In this document: positions 26,936 through 37,917 of the stretch, piece by piece
Layout of the letters: the number at the start of each line of letters is the position of its first letter
Position numbering within the stretch: position 1 is the stretch's first letter
Source of the DNA: Blepharisma stoltei ATCC 30299
Taxonomy: Eukaryota > Protista > Ciliophora
NCBI GenBank assembly: GCA_965603825.1
Contig: CBFDEM010000017.1
Location: 1-64,000 of the forward strand
Direction of reading: 5' to 3'
DNA: 64,000 nt
The notes under the pieces: generated by a model
The model's input: only the letters and a program-made list of their open reading frames with translations
Told to the model about the DNA's origin: nothing
The model's database searches: none
Position numbers and translations under genes: made by a program

Positions 26936-27192
26936 TTATTTTTTTAAATAATCCACTCGCGAAATTACTAAAAAAAACAGTTGAAAAATTGATAAAATTA
27001 ATTTATAGTGATTTTTAAAAGAATTTATATCTTATAAGGCTTTTACTAAAACTAATAAAATTAATTTTCTATTCCTTCCAATTAAGATAGCTTTGTCTGT
27101 GAAATTCTCAAATCATTATAAATATTCTCATAGCAAGCAATTTAGGAAGCCTCTGCGTTATAATAGTGGTACAAATTGATAATTGAGCTATT

Positions 27193-27240
27193 GTAATTGC
27201 CCGAGGATGGCGCTATCTTGCGCCATCCTCGGGCAATTAC
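27193..27240. repeat. Perfect 21-bp GC-rich inverted repeat with 6-nt loop (hairpin)
   Basis: GTAATTGCCCGAGGATGGCGC-TATCTT-GCGCCATCCTCGGGCAATTAC. Confidence 0.97.
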
Positions 27241-28222
27241 TATAATTGATATTAAATTTTAGGAGATTTTATATCCCATTCGAAAACTTATCTATTTTAA
27301 TTCTCTTTCATTTATTTTTTAATACATTTTAGATAACGCTTCGAAAAATAAATGAATGCCTATAATTAAGCTTAATAATTAATTTTAACAAATCTAATTT
27401 TATGCTTTTAATTTGCATAACTGATTTTACTCAGCTAAATTAGCTTCTATAAATAAATTGTATTAAGACAAGGACCATTTTAGAATATGATAGAGTCTTA
27501 ATATTTTTCTAATACGCTCATAATTATTTAAGTCTAATTGAACTCTATTCAGATTCTTTAATGAGCTTTGGCTTTTTAATTAAATTGGCCTTGCATTCAT
27601 AAAATTTATTAGCTAAAAATATGTCATCATTTGTAAGGAATTTCAGGGAGGTACAAAATCTCACAATCCTAAGCTCTTTTAGAATTTTCATTAGATAAAG
27701 AGGAAAAAATTGCTTTATCTTTTATTTATATGTAATAATCTCCAAAACCAATATATAAGGTAAATCAGTCCATATACTGATAATAGTTCTTAATTTGACG
27801 CATATTATGCAAATAAATATCATAACGAATCTAATGCCATCCATGCTCTAATATAAATTAAAAATGATTTCAACTTCATTCAGAATTGATTAATAAAGCT
27901 GTATTTACATTTACTATACTTAATGGATATTGCTCTACTCTAAAAACCTCCTTCAGTATTTTCTTTTTTATTAAACCATATTTTCAATTCCCGACTTAGT
28001 CAACTTTTTTCTGGGATAATTCTTCAGTTATTTTTTCTTTCAATTTTTATTTATTTGCACCATCATATACTTATTCTCATAAATTCTTTATCACTTCAAT
28101 TTCATCATATTCTTTATTTTTTTAACGGTTATAACACGAAATACCCTATCAAGAATGCTGCCAAACAAGCCCATTAAAATTTAATAAGTTCTTTATGATA
28201 ATTAATATGATCTTAAGCTAAA

Positions 28223-29896
28223 TTATGCATGATTAGCATTAATAAAATCTTTTTCAAACAAAAACTGCTTAAGCTCTTCAAAAGAAATTGTTCCTGATTG
28301 ATCAAAATCCACATTTCCAAAGAATTCTGCTCATTCTTCATCTTCAATTCCTTCTATATTTGCTTTTAGCTCTTCAAGACTTAATTGGCCGTCTCCACTT
28401 TCGTCACAAAGCTTAAATGCTTTTTCCAGTTTTTTTATATTTTCATCAGTATTCCAGTCTGTACAGGCTGTCAAGAATTCTGAAAATCCAATATAGCCTT
28501 TTTTCATAAGATCAGCGTTTTTTAAAATCTGTTGAAGCTTGATTTGTATTTCAGTGTCTAAATTTTTTGTTTCATTTAAGAGCTCGTCCATAGTAATTTG
28601 TCCATCTTTATTAGAATCCAAGCTTTTAAAAATTTCAATAAACTGACGACTTTCGTTTTGTCCTGTAAGGTTAACCTTGAAAAATGAAAAAATTGCCCTT
28701 GCAATTTTGTCTTTAGAAGTAAATTCTATAAGATTACTGATTGCTTTATTGTTAGCAGGAGATGAAAGCAAATAATTGCTATTTTTTATTCATGGATGAC
28801 TTAGAGCGTCCTCAACTGAAATTCTTTTGTTGTAGTCAAATTCAAGCATCCTGCTAAGCAAATCCTTCAATTCAATTGGGTCAAGCATCCATTCTGAACC
28901 TTCAAAAGTAAGCCCTCTTTTATACTCACTTAGAAGATCCTTTGATTTTTTCCCTCGAAATGGAGGCTTTTCTTTGATAATTAAATATAAAATAACTCCA
29001 ACGCTCCAAATATCACTAGCAGGACTATCATAAATCCCATTGAGTATCTCAGGAGCCATAAAGCATGTCTATATAAAATTTACCACTTGATTATATTTTA
29101 CTAGACCTTTTATTTCCCAAGGATAAGAAAAACCAATTAATTTGCAATTGACCTTCCCATAGCTTGAATCCAAAATAATTTTTTCAAGATTTAGCCCTAA
29201 ATGCAAAATTTTATTCTTGTGGCAATAGCTTAAACCGCTTAAAATATCTCGCATTATTGAACCTGTTAGCAAATGACCAATAATTTCTCTGCGGGTGAAT
29301 TCAAGTAAATTGCTTCCTGAGAAGAACTCATAAACAAGGGAAAACTTTTCTTCTGAATCATAGACTTCGTGAAGTTTAACTATGTTTGGGTGATCCTAAT
29401 TTATTCTTACAAAGCATTGGAAATTTTGTGCTTCCATTGTTAACGTTTTCTGCTCTCTTATCTCGATTGCTGACTTTTTTACCTCTTTTATAACCTTTTT
29501 GAGTCCTGTTCTTTTATCAGTTGATAGTAAAGTATCTCCATGAAATGCTGAATGCAATGTTTTTATTATTTTAAAATTTTCATGAATAGATGCTTTTAAA
29601 ATTTTCTTAGGAGGATCTATATTAAATTGGCTATTTGGTGAATCAGGATGAGGAACCTTTGTTGAAACTGATTTTAAGGTTAATGACCTCGTTAGCGCAC
29701 CTGAAGAAAGTTTTAAATTGAAACTTTCAGAGCGCTTCTTTGATGTCCGAGTTTTGTGTTTTTTGTCTTGTTTTACTCGAGGAGTTTTTGGAGCAAGCTC
29801 AACCTCGTCTATTTCTGACCTCAATGAGTCAGTTGACTTTTTGGGTTGACCCTTCTCACTAATAGGATCAGACCTTTTAGACTCGCAGCAACCCAT
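28223..29896 (-). CDS. CDPK-like pseudokinase copy G with 4 EF-hands, 547 aa; introns 29396-29410 and 29069-29083
   Basis: MGCC; HLGLNLEK, GFS, FMAPE, SDIWSVG, SHP-TGA(W); EF-hands; ends ...NHA-TAA. Confidence 0.87.
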
Positions 29897-31698
29897 TTTT
29901 ATAATTAATTATTGAAATTGTGGAAATTATTAAATGTTAAAAGCGGAAAAAATTCAGCAAGTTATATTGCTTTTGAAGAGGATTTACTTGAAATATAAAT
30001 TTTATATTATAAAAAATTAATTTTTAAATGATAATCTTTCTTCTAATTGAAATTGGTTTGGTCTAAAATTTCTAAATATAATTTTAATTTTTTGAAATTT
30101 CTGCTGTAATAATAAGTTTATAGAAAATAACAGCCAAGTCGATTGATAGAAATTTTTAATTATACTCCTATCGAGATAATTATAATTATTTCTTTAAGCA
30201 ATAACTAATCAATATGACATATTAACTGATTATTTTGATAGCCGTTTCTCTTCACTTATGCTGCTGACAAAAATGCATATAAATAAATCTTAAAGATCTT
30301 GCTAATTGCAGCCTTATCTAACTAATAATTAATATAAAATCATTATGCTCTTATGATATATATCCCAATTGAGTTTGGGGTGATAGTAAGATTATGCAAG
30401 TGCATCATCCTAAGTATTTTCCCTAATATTTCTTAAATTAAAATTCGGCTATATTTTTTCACACTTTTAAAATGTTCAGCCTGCTACGGCACTTTATCTT
30501 TCAATTTAGTTGAACATTAGCAAAAATCATTAAGTCAAAAAATCTGCCATCGACTTTTAAGGAATTTTACTACTTTTTTTAGAGAGACTGTAAATTTCTT
30601 CAAAATCCTCATAGATGAATAAAGTGATGATAGGCCCAAGCTTTTTTATATTTGCTATTTATAAGAAACATATCAAAATTATGAAGCTGCTGCTAGCCTA
30701 GAGGATTTTTTAAGAATGATATTTCTTAGCATAGCTAATAATAAAAATTCAATATATAAAGATTTAATTAAAAAATCAATTTTTTTAGCATTGCCACTGT
30801 AGGGGAGAAAGCTTCTAAATTATATTTTCAGCTTCTCAATATCCAGCTGTCAATTTTAGAAGCTTAAGAAGAGTTCCAAATAAATATGGATGTAATTTAA
30901 GCGCTTTTAATTAGCTTTTCCATATTGAACCATCATATTTCAGAGATAATTTTTTGACCTGCACCCAAATTTTTTGCTTTTTACATATGGAAGCAGTAAG
31001 CTCAATTTTATGAGTTTCATAATTGGATCAGATTTGCCAGGAATTATATCGATTCCCCTCGAAAAATTATTACTACTCCTCACGAGACAGGAAAAGACGC
31101 TTCTAAATATATATCAGAGCTCTCAAATGTTCAGTTGCTGAGGTTAGTAGCTCAATAAGTGTTTAAACAATCGCAGAGTTAACATCATCACTTGAATAAG
31201 TCTTTTAAGCACATATCACAAGAATAATTATGATTTTACCCCAAAATAAAGCTACACAAAGAAATAACAAAACAATAACCTTCAAGAAATTAGACTCCAT
31301 GGGTCAGGCATTCCAGAGCAACTTGCCGAAGATTATGACCGCATTATAGTTGAAAAATTTTAGAAAATAGGAAATAGTTAAAAATCATTATCTATATTGT
31401 GATTGAATTAAGCCATGATTGTCTTTTGCGGATTCAGATCTAGACTCAAAGAAAAATCTCAGAACCGAGTTGGAAACTATCTTTACGAGGCTAGATTTAG
31501 GCTTGATGGGTATACACATTTCTTAACTAAAAACTCGATGAATAGTTTTTATATATAATTAGCAATTTAATTAGATGGATGCTTATTTAGCATACTTGAC
31601 AAACTATGGAGTATGCATCATTAGCGATATTTTATTAGCTATTTTAAAATAATCATAATCAATATTAAAAATATAGCCAAAATTGTTAATTAAAATAA

Positions 31699-33203
31699 TT
31701 AGACTGTTTTACTATATTTTGGACTAATACGATTTTTCCCAAACAAAAATTCCTTGAGCTCTTCAAAAGAGATTGTTCCTGACCGATCAAAATCAACACT
31801 CCCAAAGAACTCAGCCCATTCTTTAGATTTTATCCCTTTAATACTTGCTTTTAGCTCTTTAAGACTTAACTGTCCATCTCCGCTTTTATCGCACAGCTTA
31901 AACGCTTTTTCGAATCTTTTTATATTTTCATCAGTATTTCAGTCAGTGCAAGCTGTTAAAAATTCTGAAAATTCTATATAGCCTTTCTCCATAAGGTCGG
32001 CACTATTTAAAATTTTCTTAAGTCTATTTTGTACTTTGATATCTAGGTTTTTAATTTCGTCTAATAGCTCTTCCTTACTGATTTGCCCATCTTTATTTTT
32101 ATCTAAATTTTTAAAAAGATCAATAAATTTGCGATGGTCATTTTGGTTTGTAAGGTTGACTTTGAAAAATGAAAAAAGTTCTCTTGCAATTTTATCTTTA
32201 GAAGTAAATTCTACAAGGCGAGTGATTGCTTCATTATTAGTAGAGGGTGAAACCAAAGACTGGCTATTTTTTTGAATTCATGGATGATTCAACGCGTCTT
32301 CAACAGTAATTCTTGTATTATAGTCATAATTCAGCATTTTAGTAAGCAAATCTCTCAACTCATTAGAGTCTAAAATGTCATTTTCTTGATTAAAACTTAA
32401 TCCTTTGCCATATTTTTCCAAAAGATCTTCTGAGTTTGTTCCTTGAAATGGAGGCTTTCCTTGGGTCATTATATATAAAATAACTCCTAGGCTCCAAATA
32501 TCGCTAGCTGGATTATTATAAACTCCACTTAATATTTCAGGAGCCATAAAATATCTTGCATTATTGAGCATGCCAACGAATTCCCTATAATTTCATTAGC
32601 CTTATCAAGCAAGCTGCTTCCGGAGAAGAACTCATAAACCAAAAGCCAGCTTTCTCTTGTATCATACACTTCAAGCAACTTAACTACGTTTGGATGATCC
32701 TAAATTATATTTACCAGGCATTGAAATTTTTGGATTTCCATTATAAATTTTTCATGTATATTTTCTGGTATTACCGATTTTTTGAACTCTTTAATAACTT
32801 TTTTTATCTCAGTCCTTTTATCGTTTGCTAGCGAAATTTCTCCATAAAATCCTTTGTGCAGCTTTCTGACTGTCGTGTAATTAATTCTAATTGATTCTTT
32901 TAAAAAATTTTGCGAAAAGTTTTTGAAGGATAGGCTTTTAGGAGAATTTGCACGGGATGTCTTGGTAGAGACTGCTTTTAAAGTTGACAATCTTGACCTT
33001 CCTCTTGGCGATGAAGGTTGCGAGGATCAATTACTTGTATGCCTTGCTGAGAGCTGAGGCATACGTTTTGTTTTTTTTCTTCTTATAGGCGCTTCGGGGA
33101 TGCTAGTATTGCTATCGATTTCTGACCTCAGAGATTTAGTAGACATGCTTGAAAGACCCTTTTCTATTGTAGGATCTGGCCTTGTTGAACAGCAGCAACC
33201 CAT
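31699..33203 (-). pseudogene. Pseudo-CDPK copy H with an internal out-of-frame deletion of the catalytic/activation segment; intron 32700-32714
   Basis: The 5' part reads ...SIMQDIL-WLLKY-TAA (32529). The 3' part (MAPE to 4 EF-hands) is fully open in another frame. Confidence 0.8.
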
Positions 33204-34474
33204 AAACTTATTATTATTGGGATTCAAGAAAAAAATGTCTGTTGAGAATAAAACATTATAATAATCTGCCACGCCATTCAAGAATAAAGATTAAAAGGCA
33301 AATTTTAAATATTTTCGATAAAATTAATAAAAGACTTTTGGGTTGTTTTTTTAGTCAATTTTTTTTATCTAAAATTCTAAAAGAATCCTCGAGGAATAAG
33401 TAGACTGTAAAGTAAAAGGCCAATGGATATATCAAAAAAAATTAATGAAAAAGCTGATGGTAATCCAGGTTTTTAATTTATAGCAAAATCATTAAAATTA
33501 ATTTACAAAAGGAAAATAACCTCATATAACTAGTAACGATTTTAGAAAAATACAGCATAAAATTTAATAATAAAAATTCAATATATAAAGATTTAATTAA
33601 AAAATCAATTTTTTTAGTATGACCTTTATAGGGGAGAGAGCTTCTAAATTATATTCTCAGGCTTCTCAATATTCAGCTGTAAATTTTAGTAGCTTAAACG
33701 TGAAGGCAATTGAAGCGCTTTTAATTAGCTTTTCCATATTGAATGATCATATTTCAGTGATAATTTTTTGACCTGCACCCAAATTTTTTGCTTTTTACAT
33801 ATGGAAGTAGTAAGCTCAATTTTATGAGTTTCATAATTGGATCAGATTTGCTAGGAATTATATCGATTCCCCTCGAAAAATTATTACTATTCCTCACGAA
33901 ACAGGAAAAGACGCTTCTAAATATCTACCCCAGCTTTCCAATGTTCAGTTGCTAAGGCCAGTAGATCAATAAGTGTTTAAACAATCGCAGAGTTAACATC
34001 ATCACTTGAATAAGTCTTTTAAGCACATATCACAAGAATAATTATGATTTTACCCCAAAATAAAGCTACACAAAGAAATAACAAAACAATAACCTTCAAG
34101 AAATTAGACTCCATGGGTCAGGCATTCCAGAGCAACTTGCCGAAGATTATGACCGCATTATAGTTGAAAAATTTTAGAAAATAGGAAATAGTTAAAAAAT
34201 CATTATCTATATTGTGATTGAATTAAGCCATGATTGTCTTTTGCGGATTCAGATCTAGACTCAAAGAAAAATCTCAGCTTGATGGGCATATACATTTCTT
34301 AACTAAAAACTCGATGAATAGTTTTTATATATAATTAGCAATTTAATTAGATGGATGCTTATTTAGCATACTTGACAAACTATGGAGTATGCATCATTAG
34401 CGATATTTTATTAGCTATTTTAAAATAATCATAATCAATATTAAAAATATAGCCAAAATTGTTAATTAAAATAA

Positions 34475-35976
34475 TTAGACTGTTTTACTATATTTTGGAC
34501 TAATACGATTTTTCCCAAACAAAAATTCCTTGAGCTCTTCAAAAGAGATTGTTCCTGACCGATCAAAATCAACACTCCCAAAGAACTCAGCCCATTCTTT
34601 AGATTTTATCCCTTTAATACTTGCTTTTAGCTCTTTAAGACTTAACTGTCCATCTCCGCTTTTATCGCACAGCTTAAACGCTTTTTCGAATCTTTTTATA
34701 TTTTCATCAGTATTTCAGTCAGTGCAAGCTGTTAAAAATTCTGAAAATTCTATATAGCCTTTCTCCATAAGGTCGGCACTATTTAAAATTTTCTTAAGTC
34801 TATTTTGTACTTTGATATCTAGGTTTTTAATTTCGTCTAAGAGCTCTTTCTTACTGATTTGCCCATCTTTATTTTTATCTAAATTTTTAAAAAGATCAAT
34901 AAATTTGCGATGGTCATTTTGGTTTGTAAGGTTGACTTTGAAAAATGAAAAAAGTTCTCTTGCAATTTTATCTTTAGAAGTAAATTCTACAAGGCGAGTG
35001 ATTGCTTCATTATTAGTAGAGGGTGAAACCAAAGACTGGCTATTTTTTTGAATTCATGGATGATTCAACGCGTCTTCAACAGTAATTCTTGTATTATAGT
35101 CATAATTCAGCATTTTAGTAAGCAAATCTCTCAACTCACTAAAGTCTAAAATGCCATTTTCTTGATTAAAACTTAATCCTTTGCCATATTTTTCCAAAAG
35201 ATCTTCTGAGTTTTTTCCTTGAAATGGAGGCTTTCCTTGGGTCATTATATATAAAATAGCTCCTAGGCTCCAAATATCGCTAGCTGGATTATTATAAATT
35301 CCACTTAATATTTCAGGAGCCATAAAATATCTTGCATTATTGAGCATGCCAACGAATTCCCTATAATTTCATTAGCCTTATCAAGCAAGCTGCTTCCGGA
35401 GAAGAACTCATAAACCAAAAGCCAGCATTCTCTTGTATCATAGACTTCGAGCAGCTTAACTATGTTTGGATGATCCTAAATTATATTTACCAGGCATCGA
35501 AATTTTTGGATTTCCATTATAAATTTTTCATGTATATTTTCTGGTACTATCAATTTTTTGAACTCTTTAATAACTTTTTTTATCTCAGTCCTTTTATTGT
35601 TTGCTAGCAATGTTTCTCCGTAAAATCCTTTATGTAGTTTTTTGACAGTCGTGTATTTAATTTTAATCGATTCTTTATAAAAATTTTGCGAAAAGTTTTT
35701 GAAGGATAGGCTTTTAGGAGAATTTGCGCGGGATGTCTTAGAGATTGCTTTTAAAGCTGACAATCTTGGCCTTCCTCCTGGCGATGAAGGTTGTGAGGAT
35801 ATATTGCTTGTGTGCCTTGCTGAGAGCTTATGCATGCGCTTTGTTTTTTTTCTTCTTATAGGCACTTCGGGGATACTGGTATTGCTATCGATTTCCGACC
35901 TCAGAGATTTAGTAGACATGCTTGAAAGACCCTTTTCTATTGTAGGATCTGGCCTTGTTGAACAGCAGCAACCCAT
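34475..35976 (-). pseudogene. Pseudo-CDPK copy I, duplicate of H with the same deletion; intron 35476-35490
   Basis: Same junction (35323-35327), premature TAA at 35305, open C-lobe plus EF-hand frame. Confidence 0.8.
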
Positions 35977-36487
35977 AAAGCTTATTATTATTATTGGAAT
36001 TCTCAATAAAAAAATGTCTGTGGCAAATAATAATCTACTTCATCAATCAAGAATAAAGATTAAAAATTAATTTAAAATATTTTTCAATAAATTAATGCTT
36101 TCATTTTTTTGGTCAGGATCACTCATAAAAGTTTTTTTTTTTTAAAATTCTAAAAGAATCCTCAAGGAATAAGTAAATTTTAGAATAAATAAGTCAATGA
36201 ATGTTGTTTAAAAAATTACTGAAAAAGCTGATGATAAGCCAAGTTTTCAATTTATTGCAAAATCATTAAAATTTAAAATAGCACTGCAGATTAATAGAGA
36301 AAACTTAGAAGTGGGGTATTTTTATTTTATAAATACCTGAAAATGGTTAAATTTTATTATTAATTATTTAGAGCTTAATTTTTAAAACGTGTAAACCCAT
36401 TTATTTAAAATAGGAAAATAATCCTCATATAACTAGCAGCAATTTTAGAAAAATGCATCATAAAATTTAAAATTTTGCATTAATTAA

Positions 36488-37448
36488 TTAAACACTATTA
36501 GGCGGATATTCATCAACAATATTCCTAATTTGAGCGCTATTTAACAGCATCATCCTATCAAAATAAGATCTCTTCTTCCTACAGCAACTTCTCTTGCTTT
36601 CTGCCTTGATTCCTTTAATTCTTTCTTTTGTGGATTCCCCTGTAATGCAAAGTGTCATGTGAAAAATGCACAAAATCGATACAAATACAGTGATTATCAA
36701 TGAAAACAACGTAATTATGACAACTATACAAATTATCGTTGGGCCATCTTCTATAAGAGATCTTCGGCTGTGGTCTTCTCCTACATTATAAAATAGGAAA
36801 AACAGGAAACCTGTTATTTCCGTTACTCCAAGCGAGATTGAGCTGAACACAGATGACATAAACCAACGGTAATTCCGCTTGCCTATACAATTGTCTAGAA
36901 ATCTGCAGTGGTGGTCAAAGTCTTCTACACAATTTCCGCAATTCCTATTGTTTTACTTACTTGCAATGATGAGATCTCGGAGGTCTATAAATTTTGCATG
37001 TCGGGCAATACTTGTATCCTCTATTGGGCTGACTTATAAGAACGGCTTCTGTGAATTCTTCAGGAACAGTTCCTATTACTTCCCATACAGGCTTTTTAGG
37101 TATTATCCCAGGCTCCGTTGTGGTCGTAAGCCAAATAAACACCATTGAGGATAAAAAGCAATACATAGCAATAATTGGGAGAATTGGGCTTATGGTAATC
37201 CATAGGTAGGGACTGATAAATATGAAATAAAAAATTGAGACTGATGCAAGTAATGCTCAGGTACATAACAGGTATTTTTGGTCTTCTTTAGGACCTATCA
37301 TTATACGGCCATTTAAGAAAAACCTGTTTTTAGATGGTCAGACTTTTCAGAGAGGTAGGATAATTTCGTGAGAAAGGGTCCAGGGTGACTGAGGAGCTGG
37401 AAAAGTTGGGCCTGGAGAAAGATAGATTTCTTTATCAGCTATTTCCAT
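36488..37448 (-). CDS. DHHC palmitoyl acyltransferase (ERF2/ZDHHC9/14/18-like), 314 aa; 16-nt intron 36945-36960
   Basis: W(TGA)PSKNRFFLNGRIMIGP, TEPGIIP, CPTCKIYRPPRSHHCK|NCGNCVEDFDHHCRFLDNCIGKRNYR, STKE. Confidence 0.93.
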
Positions 37449-37917
37449 TTATAATTCAAAATTATTAGAAGCATTTCTAAGAACATGAGCGAGACCTTAT
37501 TGGTGAGATATTTATTTGTATTCTATTAAGCTTATATATGGGAACTATGAGAATGTGAGTTTGATTTTGCTTATAAATAAATCAGCAGATAGCCAGCATG
37601 AAGCTTTAATAATATTTAGATTAAGATTACCTTGCTATTTAGATAGAGTCAAATAAAAGCCAGAAACCTCTTAGGAGTTGCCATTTTCGTCAACCAGAAA
37701 TATTCTAGATCTCAAAGCATCATATTTAAATATTTATTCAAAAGATTTTCCATACCTTTTAATTAAAATTATTTGATTATTTATTAATCCCTGTAATTGT
37801 GAATTTTAATATAAAATCGATATTCTCAGAAAATGGAGAATTTCTTATTATTATAGGCCAATTAATTAGCAAATCTTTTCTAGCCAATTTAATTTTCATT
37901 TTCAAAGTATTTAAATT

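Larger units (their letters stand above)
30736..36470. repeat. Recent tandem duplication of ~2.8 kb (unit 1 ~30736-33564, unit 2 ~33565-36470) including intergenic DNA
   Basis: Both units begin TAATAATAAAAATTCAATATATAAAG. Long near-identical stretches (e.g. 31150-32580 vs 33970-35360); unit 2 lacks the 39 nt at 31463-31501. Confidence 0.92.

Noticed and set aside
32529-32551. Euplotes-style programmed frameshift rescuing copies H and I
   Set aside because: It would need a -1/+2 shift, the stop is not preceded directly by AAA, and the mechanism is not established in heterotrichs.
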